A stretch of DNA of 64,000 nucleotides from Octopus sinensis (Eukaryota): assembly GCF_006345805.1 (NCBI RefSeq), contig NC_043000.1:33480001-33544000 (forward strand), read 5' to 3'. The notes under the pieces are model-generated. The model made no database searches and was not told the origin of the DNA. It saw only the letters and a list, made by a program, of their open reading frames with translations. The position numbers and the translations under genes were made by a program. This document shows positions 53,211-64,000 of this stretch, piece after piece. Positions within the stretch are counted from its first letter, which is position 1. The number at the start of each line of letters is the position of its first letter.

Positions 53211-53246
53211 CTTTCTGTCGAAGAGCGTAGGCTCGAAACGTAAAAG
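53211..53246 (+). ncRNA. minimal hammerhead-like motif (U6, extra A after A9) in a solo pLTR-like repeat (~53175-53340)
   Basis: CUUU CUGUCGA A GAGC GUAG GCUC GAAA CG UA AAAG; all stems pair. Confidence 0.6.
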
Positions 53247-53338
53247 GCTTGTTCAATTTCTATTCCTGAGCGCCATACTAATACATTTGTTTGTTTGGTA
53301 CACCTGCCTTCGCCTTTTTTATTTTCGAACCTTCCCGT

Positions 53339-53383
<45 letters not shown>

Positions 53384-53477
53384 GACTTTTTGTAAAAGTT
53401 CCCACCGTTAATGATTCTTTTACATACCGAAACTACTTGGTAAATGTTATTAATTTGAAATTAATAATTATTACCCT

Positions 53478-53508
<31 letters not shown>

Positions 53509-53538
53509 ATATATATATTATATATATATATATATATA

Positions 53539-53774
53539 TCCCTGCTATTATACAAAAGTGTCGTAAGTCCAAAACGTTACTTATTCAGAAAGCGAAAAAA
53601 CAGCTTCTTCCATAGCAAAACCGTTGTATACTTTGACAATTTTTGATATCTTGGCGTCTGTAGCAGCTGGAGATACGATAGTTTTACCAAAAGAACGACT
53701 ATTGCAAGCAAATATAAAAAGAAAAACGAAATTGGCAAATTTGGACATGCGACAGTTTAACATAATAGCAACGA
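53539..53774. mobile_element. putative MITE in (TA)n
   Basis: Imperfect TIR TC(CC/GT)TGCTATTAT at both ends, (TA)n flanks. Confidence 0.5.
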
Positions 53775-53866
53775 TATATATATATATATATATATAATAT
53801 ATATATATATATTATATATAATATATATATGTATTATATATATAGTTAATATATTTATGTATATAT

Positions 53867-53918
<52 letters not shown>

Positions 53919-55324
53919 TTACCTGGGAAGAGACGCGTGACGTTCGATCATATAATAACAATTTAATAAATAAAACATATGCGTACATACATACATACAT
54001 ACATATATACATACATACATACATACATATATGTACATACCTACATCTATATGTATATATACATGCATATATGGGTACAGGACACCACAGAAAAACGTAG
54101 AACACAACGAGAAACGAAAACATAAAGACAAAACATGGAAACGGACTTTTTTAAACAACGAAAAAACAGAGTACAAGACATACAACACAAGGAACATTCC
54201 CCTTCTTCAGCTGCCCTTGCTTTGACTTATTCCGTGTTTCGAAGGTGACGTTATAGGTATGAATTATATCAACCGTCTTTTCGACATACAGCTAATGTGA
54301 ACTGGTGATCTTCGTTGTTGGGATGCTATGACTTGGTTCCGAATGCTGGTGCTAGAAATCAAACTGTTGCCCTCCCAGTGCTAGATGTCAGGTACCTGTT
54401 AACTCAAACGTATACATTTTCTACTTTCATAAGCGATAACTTCAAATTCGCTATTATTAATATCAACATCTCAAACGCGAAACTCATCTCCGTCAGATTC
54501 CAATGTTTTGGGGAAAAATCTTGAATAAAATCTTTAGTAACAATCATGAAAAAAATAAACTCTACCCACACACTCGGGGGTGACCGTATTTATTCTGAGA
54601 AAAGAGACATGTATACAATAGGTTAAGAGATCTTTAAAGTGTAACTGTAGTTTCTGTGGAATTATTTCTCCCAGAGCTAATTGTTCCAACCAATTTCGTC
54701 AGCATAATCGAAAAATGAGCAACAGAACTCTGTCGCTAGTTAGTATTTTTTGTTTTCCGTTTGGACACAAGGAAAGATAAATGGCTTGCCATTTTCCAAG
54801 TATGTTCATCTCATTATCTCTCATTCAATGAATTATGTTTGTCATTGTCAGCTGGTTGGTGGAATATCTGAAAGCCATTAATGGAACTAAGATCATAGGT
54901 TTGTAAATGATGCAATTCGGTCAATTCCTGTCTTTTGGTTAACGACTCAGGCAAATCTGATTTCGTCGTTAATCAACGGTAACTTAATCTCCTTCAACTC
55001 ATTCATTTCATGTGGCAGACCATGTTGGTAGAAAACACTGGCTATCATCTAAATACGGATATGTGATCAAAACATTTCGCTTGTTAAGATTCGATTTCCT
55101 AGTATGAAGATGGCCACTCATGTTCTTGAAAGTGACATAATCTGTCACCCGGATTACAGAAGGAAACCGGTTTTGACACTACCGGGAGAACGTGACGCAT
55201 CATATCTAAATAACGCAAAGGTATATTACTTGGCGCTCAACTGATTCAGAAATACCAAAACCTTAGACATGATGTCAAATGTAATTAGTAGTATACAACT
55301 AGTATTATTATTATTATTATTATT

Positions 55325-55867
55325 GAGTGAGAGAGCAGTTCATGCCATCAAAGTGACACTGGGGTAAAATATACGAAGCCCAATATACCCATCATGACTA
55401 CCCGTCTGATAAAGGTACACCAGGCACATGCATCACAACCATATGTGCGCGACATGGTGATCTCATATCAAGATAAACAGCACATGACCTTGCAGGTGGG
55501 GCCCAGTTAGAATTTTCTTCAGGTTGAGTAGCCCATCCCGCTCAAAAGGTCCCTGAATAAGGGTTGCTTTAGGATGTTGAACGAAACACCTATGTTTCCA
55601 GAGGTGAATTATTCAAACTCCAAAGAATCCCTCTCAACACATGGCCATGATGCTCCCCCACTACTTCTGCTCGTGATCAGAGATGCACGTATTGTCAGCC
55701 ACTAAGGGACATGCTCAACTGGTTAAGGTCAAACAACTGACAAGCAAATCTGTGGTATTGAGCAGAATATTTGCTGTAGCCCATCTTTTATACCAAGACA
55801 GAACAATGTACATGATACCACTTCCAATCAGTTAAGATCAGAAGCCATGAGAGCCTCTGCCTGGTAC

Positions 55868-55869
<2 letters not shown>
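55325..55869. mobile_element. ~550-bp element, copy 3, inverted relative to copies 1 and 2
   Basis: Reverse complement of 50935-51485; (ATT)n on both sides. Confidence 0.85.
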
Positions 55870-55941
<72 letters not shown>

Positions 55942-58038
55942 GTTATTTGCTTTTAATCTGCATATTTATTACAGTCACTTACCGAGACACACCCAGAGTC
56001 CTGGGGCGAGTGAAGGATAAGAGATGCTACAGTATGACTGAAAGCTTGGGGAGGGGATGTAGCAAGGGTAGTAGCCAAATACCTTCATGTAATACAACCC
56101 AGATATTTAAATTGGTAGGGTTTTTCTAAAGATGTGGGCAGTACTTGTCAGCCCAATTTTGGATTTCTCTGAAACATGGCCCTCCTGGGATGTTGTCTAG
56201 ATGCTTCTGACATCCCTCTTTTTTTATCATACGTAGGGAACCTAGAATAACAGGAACAGTTTTTGCTTTAAGATACCGCATATTTTGTATTTCAATTTCC
56301 AGGTGTTTATATTTATTTAATTTGTCAAATTCCTTTACAAATATACTTTTATCAGTGGGAACACTTACATCTATTAATCTACAATTATCCCTGTCTTTAA
56401 TAATTATATCTGGTTGATTAGCCTGGATCGTTCTGTCGGTGTTGACTGGAACATCTCAGAGGATAGTGACATTTTTACCGTCAACGACCGGCTCAGGATG
56501 ATGTTCATACCAGTAAGCAGTGGTACCGATTTTGTAGTATTTGCATATTTTCCAATGTGATTACTGTCCTACCCTATCGTGGAGATTTTTGTATTCGTTT
56601 GGTGTCAGCACAGGACATCCCGAGACGAGATGGTCTATTGTTATATTAAATGTGCCACAGAAACAACATTTAGGGTCAGAACCGTTTTGAAGAACGTTAG
56701 CCTCGTAGTTTCCAGTAAGTAAGCTTTGATCTTGTGCTGCCAATATGAAACCTTCAGTCTCTGCTTTCAGTCCTGAACTTTTCAGCAACTGATGGGTTGT
56801 TGCTTGGACTACACCAGCATTTCGACTACTGCTTCTACTCGTTTGGTGGCAGTAGTTTCAAGTTCTTCATCTAATTCAGAGTTAATGCCAAGTTCCCTTG
56901 CGAATTTGCAAGCTTCCTTTACTATAGAATGTGATCTTTTGCTGTTTTCGTGTTTGCATACAAGCCGCAGCATCCAGTCCTCTTTACTAGATAAGTACCC
57001 GTTCATTGCTATTGTGGAGGAGTTCTTCTTGCATCATTCTCCTAGGTAGGTACAGACGACCAACGCCTACTTTTGGGTGGTGCATGTTCTTAGAGGTTAG
57101 TAGTTTTCTTGTTTGCCTGTCCAGGGCGTTGAAGCGGAGAACTGGCAGAATTGTTAGCGCGCTGCACGAAATGCTTAGCGGTAATCTTAGCATTGAGTCC
57201 AGTGTTTAATATTATTAGTCAAACTCTTCTGCAATACTGTCTCTTAATTTTCTCTTTCATTTCTGTCTGGCTTGTGTTCTGCCAAATTTTTTTCATCTGC
57301 TCTCTCTGGTCTTCCTTAAATTGTATTGAATCTATAGTTTCGTTCATTTTTAAGGTTCCCTACATTTTCACTGCTTCAATCATTTCTTCTTTGCTCCCCT
57401 TGACATACCAAACAGGCTATTCTCCTCTTCCCTTTCACAACCTTCACAACACATTAATCTCCGTTCTTCTCCCCCACCCCCTTTACATACAATCTTGACA
57501 CATCACTCTTGGGTGTAGTTCCTGATTCATTGTCATTAATTTACGTGTTCTCCGGTATATTTCTTGTAATTCATTTTTCTTCCATGATCCTATTCCTGCC
57601 CCAAATCTCATCAAAGCAATAGTCCACGTGTTAATTGCTCTAATCTTATCGATTAGTTATTGATCCTTCGTTCCTCCGCTCTTACGTCTACACTCTTTTT
57701 GTTCCACTGGTTGTAGCTCGTTCTCATCTAGGTACTTATAGATGTTGTTCAATAAGATGCTCGTCATCAGTTTCCACATTAGTGGCAAACACGGTATTGG
57801 TAGGAAATTTCCAAGCGCATTCCCTTTATTTGGGTCCTTCTGGCATAGTACCGTTCTTCCTTTTGTCATCCAGGCCGGTACGTGAATATCACTATTCAGT
57901 ATTTCGTCCAGCTGTCTCGCAATTCTCCTGTGAAGAGCTGTCAAGTATTTAAGCCAAAGGCCCTGAACCCCATCTGGGCCAGGCGTTTTCCAGTTCGGAA
58001 TTTTCCTGCACTGATCTCTAATCATCTCCACAGTTATT
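55942..58038 (-). mobile_element. R4/Dong-like LINE, composite of two copies, 3' end running into (AAT)n
   Basis: NWKTPGPDGVQG, GRTVLCQKD, PIPCLPLMWK, LKAETEGFILAAQDQ, CCFCG...TIDHLVSGCP, HDRVGQ; SINE head inserted at 57132-57183; 5' side lost in the gap. Confidence 0.88.
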
Positions 58039-58138
58039 NNNNNNNNNNNNNNNNNNNNNNNNNNNNNNNNNNNNNNNNNNNNNNNNNNNNNNNNNNNNNN
58101 NNNNNNNNNNNNNNNNNNNNNNNNNNNNNNNNNNNNNN
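58039..58138. other. assembly gap (100 N)
   Basis: Run of N. Confidence 1.
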
Positions 58139-58506
58139 AATGTTATAAGAATTTAAGATGATGAAAGAAGTGAATTTATTGATTTCATTGGCCGATATCT
58201 GCGCATAATGACACATTTTCTGTTTTGCTGACATCGAGAAACAAGAAAATATCAATGTAAACTAGGAAAACGTTTTAATATATATTTTTTTCTCATCCAA
58301 TTAGTATTAATGACAGCAATTGAAAAAACTTATGTTTACAAGACAAACGTGCTAATTCGCACTTTTTAAGTTATTGTGAAATTTAATTTATTTTTAAGTG
58401 TAATGAAAGTAATTAAATCTAGGAAATGTAGCTGAGATAAACAGGAAAAATACAAGAGACATTATTGTTGAATGTAATTTAGTGGTAGAGTTAGGAAAAT
58501 CAAGCG

Positions 58507-58583
<77 letters not shown>

Positions 58584-59475
58584 TTATGTGTGCTTGTGTG
58601 TGTGTATACGTATATATATATCTATAGCACACACGAACATTCACACGCACACTATCACTCGTATATAGCTAGAAACATAGATGTAGATAAGTCAACATAC
58701 AGACCAAGGCAGTGACAGATCTGTCATCTATTTATATGATTTTGTCGCGATCATCTTTGTCTGTAGATCTATCTTCGTGTAATCTGTTTGAAAAGCTCAA
58801 GGGACAAGAAAAAATTATAACGATTGCTAAATAATCATTTAAAAGATAACCAAACTTTTCTTCTAGTGTTGATTATGCAGTTCAACATAAGTAGTTTCTG
58901 AGTAGGCATTCAGAAAGCACAGCAAAGCGAGCTACTGTCGAGGTAGATTAATTTATACAGGGTTATTTCAGTTACATCTAAAGATGTACTACAAAAGCGA
59001 TAAAACATCTAGATGACTGCTTCGTTAATGAATCATTCAGTAATGAATACAACTCGTCCTCTTCGTCTGAGCGACAATGGAGGCACACACACTTGTGCTT
59101 TGTTCCGATCCTGTAACCGCCATATTGCAGTGAATTCCACGTGACTGAATCTTAAAACATGACAATAAATATAATTGAAGTCGATATTTCTCTAGCATCA
59201 CCAACTTTCATTGATTCATTTTCAAATTGAAGATGAAAGAGGACAGCATAAAAACTATAAAGCTAATGCATTCCTTCACTTGTTTTCCACCAGGTGGCGC
59301 GGTTTAGATAACCGTTGCCAGAGCATTTACCATCTAGAAATGAGGATTGGTGATAATAATGGTTTTTCGAACAGTCTAATCTCAAAATTTTGGTCCTCCG
59401 AACTGCCTCTGAATTCCATGTTACAACTATTATTTTAATTAAATTTTTAAATACAACATATCGTCTAATATATAA

Positions 59476-59649
59476 TTTACGATATCACTGAATGATATAT
59501 ATATATATATATATACATATCATTCAGTGATATCATAAATTCTGGTTTGTTTATAAAAATTAATATGGAAGATTACTTTATATTATATATATATATATAT
59601 ATATATAGTAAGTATATCTTCCATATTAATTTTTATAAACAAACCAGAA
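59476..59649. repeat. two abutting hairpins with (TA)n loops
   Basis: 59481-59498/59517-59534 and 59540-59573/59616-59649 are reverse-complement pairs. Confidence 0.9.
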
Positions 59650-59804
59650 AGTCTTTGTAAGCCACGGAGAAAAGGCTACTATGGAAGACTCATAGTATAA
59701 TAATATATCATAATAATATATATTCTCCAATTTGAAGCGACAATTTTTTCAGTCATTTGTTTGTATAACAAAAAAAATATCGCTTCAAATCGGAGAATAA
59801 ATAT

Positions 59805-60188
59805 TATTACCTCCGCCAAAGAAGGAGGTTTTCTTTTCCTCGGCGTTGGTTTGTCCGTCTGTCCGTCTGTGTGCAAAATAACTCAAAATCTTGTAAACGG
59901 TATTTGATGAAACTTGCAGAAAAAGTTGGTAATGACACAAGAAACAGATGATGAAATCTTGGTAGTTATCTGGGAATTTCTATGGATTCTTGAAGGATTT
60001 TTCATTTGTTATATTTACTTTACATCAAGTATTAGTTACGTTTTTTGATTATCTCCCTTGAAAATACGTTCATCGTTTGCACATAACCTATGGTGTCGTC
60101 GCTGTTTCCAAAGTTTATTTTCGTTTCTCTATTAGTAATTTTACTCGCATATCTATCTTAAAAATGAGCTGCTTGGCGGAGGTCTGCA
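59805..60188 (+). mobile_element. Helentron-type non-autonomous element (HINE/DINE-1-like)
   Basis: 5' subTIR CTCCGCCAA, (GTCT)-like microsatellite, 3' subTIR TTGGCGGAG followed by GTCTGC; truncated by CR1; second 5' remnant at ~61203-61300. Confidence 0.7.
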
Positions 60189-60660
60189 GAGGATGACATG
60201 ACAAGACTTGACTATTGGGATCGACTCAAAAAAGCTCAGGCTTTGCTACCTCTACCGCCGCTGTGATGTGGAAAATATTCCATCAACATTGCCCATCTTT
60301 AAAATTCGTCCGTGGCTTGGCCCCCGTTCCATCCGTCCACTACAGAAATGTTCGTGTCGTATCACAACACTAGGACAGAACTATTTCACCTCAATTGGCC
60401 CTGCTCTCTTCAACATTGTACCAGACACACATAAAGGAGGAAAGTGACTTCACGGCATTCAAACGATCCCTAGATGATTACCCCCAACAAATACCACATA
60501 AACCACCCACACCCAGATATGTCTCTGAAAACAATAACCCTCTGCTTGAATGGGCTGCGGTTCCCCAGAACTGACTGCGTATCTCTTCCAGATGGTGCTA
60601 TTAAATTAAACATGGCCTGAGTCAACTTCGGCCGAGACTTATCTAAGTAATCTAATCTAT
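60189..60660 (+). mobile_element. CR1-clade LINE 3' end
   Basis: LDYWDRLKK, FTSIGPALFNIVP, FKRSLDDY, PDKPPTP-like, ENNNPLLEWA; (TCTAA)n-like tail. Confidence 0.8.
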
Positions 60661-61942
60661 GCTGTAACCTTTTAATCAAAGCATGACAACGTGGGTAGAG
60701 GCTGATATCTTAACATTTCTGATGGTCTTAAGTATAAAAAAAATTATTAAAGATTTATATAGAACTACATTCAGAGTATGTCTATAAGCTATTGTGTTTA
60801 GACCTGGTTTCTATCCTCAAACTGTTCCGTTTTGTAGATGCAATTTTTTGAAAATAAAGCTCTCCGAAATTAGAAAAATCAAACATCTGCAACAATCTCG
60901 GTCCCATGAGTATCGGATAATGGATTTTCAACTGTGTAAAATAACTGATTGTGGTGATCGTAGTTTTGATGGTGATTGTGGTGAAAACAGAGACAGTGTT
61001 TATGATGACGATGGTCGAGATAAGTATGGGGGGGGAGGATAAAATAGTATTGGTGGTTATGATGGCGACCGCAGCGGTGTGATGTGTGATGCTGAGGTGA
61101 TGGTAGTAATAGTGGTGTTGATGATAGTGTTAGTTGTGTGATGGTGGTATTGCAGTGGTTATACTGGTTGTGGTGGTGAAAGTGACTGTGTAATTTTTTT
61201 TTACACCCGCCAAGGAGGTTATGTTTTTGCCGGCGTTGGTTTGGGAAATTGAGCGATTTTCAGCATGCGTGTATATGGGTGGAAATGAGCTGCTGAGTTA
61301 AGGTTAAAAGGATGAAGTCCCCCTAATCCCTGTAATAACTGGGGTTCCCTAATTGAAATGTTGAACTCTTGTTATGGAGATACAAGAACCAGTAGTTGTA
61401 TACAATGTAAATTACATCGAAACTTGATGCCTAAATTCTCTGGAGACAATCATCACTCTCCCATTGCAATTACCACAGACCATTTCTCCACAGATTTTGA
61501 AATAAATGAGAAGGTGGTAGATTTTGGTAGAACTAATGTCTGTCTGTCACGTGCACAACTTAAGAGGTTAGTATCGTCATAACCAAATTGTTGAAAGCAA
61601 TTTGTATTACGAAGGAACGTTATTAGACTATTAGCATAAATCTTATTAGAATGTTTATATAAATGATAAACTGTTAAAATAAATGTTATCGAACTGCGAA
61701 TATAAGTGTTATTGAACTGTTAATATAAATAATAAAGTGCTAAAGTAAATGTTATTGATCTGTATTTAAGGAGAGGACAGAAAACTAATCGCCAGGGTTA
61801 GGCTGTTCGCCAGTGTCTTTGACTAATGTCTATCTACACTGATTCATATTGGAATTGGTCGTGCGAAGACTGAGATATCGGAACTCTCATGAAGGTCTTC
61901 CTAGTGTATTCTATATGATAGTGGAACATCACTGAGATGGGA

Positions 61943-62018
61943 GGTGGACTGGCCAAAATAGGGTGGATTGGCCAAAGTAGGGTGGATTGGCTAAGGTAAG
62001 TTGGACTAGCCTATCTAA
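61943..62018. repeat. 19-bp minisatellite, four decaying units (GGTGGATTGGCCAAAGTAG)
   Basis: Direct reading. Confidence 0.8.
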
Positions 62019-62071
62019 ACAGAGGCTTGGAGGAGAAGCAGGCGCCATACCAGCAAAAACCAATGCATGAG

Positions 62072-62120
<49 letters not shown>

Positions 62121-62562
62121 ATATAATATACGCTTGCCGTATATATATATATTTTTACAGTTATGATGCTCGTGACGTTGTACTAGTATTAGAAACTCAG
62201 AAACATACATGCATACACATATACATATAGATACATACAAACATAATCCACGAATACATACATACATACACACATCCAAACACATATACACCCACGCATA
62301 CATACGCACATCCATACACACATACTTCCACGAATACATACACACATACACGCATATATCCACGAATACATATACATATACATACACATATACATACACG
62401 CATACATACACACATACATACACACATACATCCACGAATACATATACATATACATACACACATACATACAAGCCTACGTTCATCTTGTAAACGTATTTTT
62501 TTGTAATTGATAGCGTGAAAACTAATTGGGCAGAAAATAAAAACAGTAAACAGTAAATGTAA

Positions 62563-62720
<158 letters not shown>

Positions 62721-62809
62721 ATACATTCAGATATGCTAACAGAGTTCTATTAACAATCTCTCTTTATCGATGGCCTAAAGCACTTTATGTCTATTAGTAA
62801 TGAAAGAAT

Positions 62810-63696
62810 TGTAAATATACGACTTCAAATGAACGACATTCCTGTTGAGGTTTAGGTTAGTATTGGTCCAGAATATATTTAACTGCAACACCGTCGTTAC
62901 CTGGTAAAGTCTTTTAGATTACATTTTGGAGTTCCGTATCTCAGTTGAAGAGGAAGTTGTTCCTGATCCGAAGCACATCTAAGCGTTAATTGATTGACTG
63001 CTATTTCTTGGAGAAATATGTCCAGGCATCTTTTGACGGAATATTTTCCGCATTGCACAACTGATGTAGCGTTCATGAATGTTCAGAGACAATGTTCGCA
63101 ATCAAGGATTCCTATCCCATTTTATTATCTCCTTGTCCTATTGTCCTCCGTAGTGTCTCAATGTTTATAATATACTCTTTGGTTTAGGGAGACCATTGGG
63201 AGAAGGGTTCTCAGCGAGACCGTAAAACGGTAAGAAGAGAAAATTGTTGCTTTCTGGATCTGTAGAGCGAATCTTTTGAAGATTCAAGAGCTCGTTCTAT
63301 GTGCCATATCAACTTCATTGTTGATACGGCAATCACTTCCAGATCTCTGATATTGTTAAATACTTTAAGAGCTCTTCTTGATGGAAGATCGCAGAAGAGT
63401 CTCTCATAGTTGGTTAAATTTATCCTCAAAGCGGCTGAGTTCAATTTCTTTCTTAACTTACCAACATGTTGTTTCATCCATCGATGTCATCATGTAGATC
63501 AAATTGGAATTTCATCGATCACTTACTTTATTGGTAACTTTCTGAAGCTTACAGCGATCTACAAACGTTTTTATTTTACTGTTTCTGACAACATTTCTCT
63601 TGTTATTTAAGTAAATCATGAAAAGAAAAAGGGTTTCAAAACAGTGCCATACAGAACACCACTAGTGACTTTTCTGTACTTAGGTATATATTTTGG
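62810..63696 (-). mobile_element. CR1-clade LINE RT and 3' part, degenerate
   Basis: Minus strand VTSGVLYGTVL.PFLFMIYLN resembles SGVPQGTVLGP.LF.IY.ND; decayed FADD equivalent follows. Confidence 0.75.
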
Positions 63697-63930
63697 GGTC
63701 TCCAGTGGTCAGGATTGACCATGGATCTGTGTCTGGGTAAGTTAATTTTTGTAGAAGATTAGCACTTATCCATGTATACTAGTCTCCTCACGTCACGCCA
63801 ATGTTATCCAAAGGAAAGGCTGTTCTTAACGACTGATATCGTTTGGCACCAGCGTCGTTGCCATCAAAACACAAGCATCCCGTACAAACATCGCGAAACA
63901 CCTTGTCCAAGGATGTAACAATCCATTGCC
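63697..63930 (-). mobile_element. SINE family e, degenerate
   Basis: GACCATGG, CATG.ATAC.AG, ATGTTATCCAA.GGAAAGGC blocks shared with 50605-50895. Confidence 0.6.
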
Positions 63931-64000
63931 CTCAGCAAGTACTTTTGACTTATCGATTGCGAAGGGATGATATACATAATTAGATGGACTGAGAAATTTC

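Noticed and set aside
54195-54250. Type II hammerhead from CCTTC-GAAAC ... CTGAAGA-AGGGG on the minus strand
   Set aside because: Stems I and III cannot be formed between the two motifs.
54300-55300. Host gene exons in complex unique sequence (also 25500-26200, 36700-37200, 45300-45800, 58700-59450)
   Set aside because: No open frame with recognisable homology bounded by convincing splice sites; small exons cannot be excluded without RNA-seq or homology search.
57882-58255. ORFs spanning the N run
   Set aside because: Artefacts of the assembly gap.

Overview
AT-rich, microsatellite-dense eukaryotic DNA with no host protein-coding exon that I can support. The tRNA-derived SINE families and repeat load resemble octopus (coleoid cephalopod) genomes; this is an inference from recalled repeat families, not a database result. 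Recognisable content is decayed mobile elements: a near full-length Penelope-like element (PLE; RT + GIY-YIG, minus strand 20300-24290, with a 5' inverted segment), a second PLE fragment and solo pseudo-LTRs (pLTRs), several R4/Dong-like RLE LINE fragments, RTE, CR1 and Tx1-like LINE fragments, two mariner and two hAT relics, Tigger-like MITEs, a Helentron-type HINE, many SINEs and a 100-N gap. Most ORF-track entries are translated microsatellites. The main hunt result is a set of PLE-associated type I hammerhead ribozyme (HHR) motifs folded by eye. They include A3:U8 and U3:A8 compensatory swaps of the core C3:G8 pair, a U6/extra-A family, and two canonical hammerheads facing outward in an inverted repeat. 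Other results: R4-like LINEs apparently partitioned between (ACAT)n and (TAA)n targets, a ~550-bp element found only in (AAT)n, and several long foldback structures. All alignments and folds were done by eye; none has been computed or tested.
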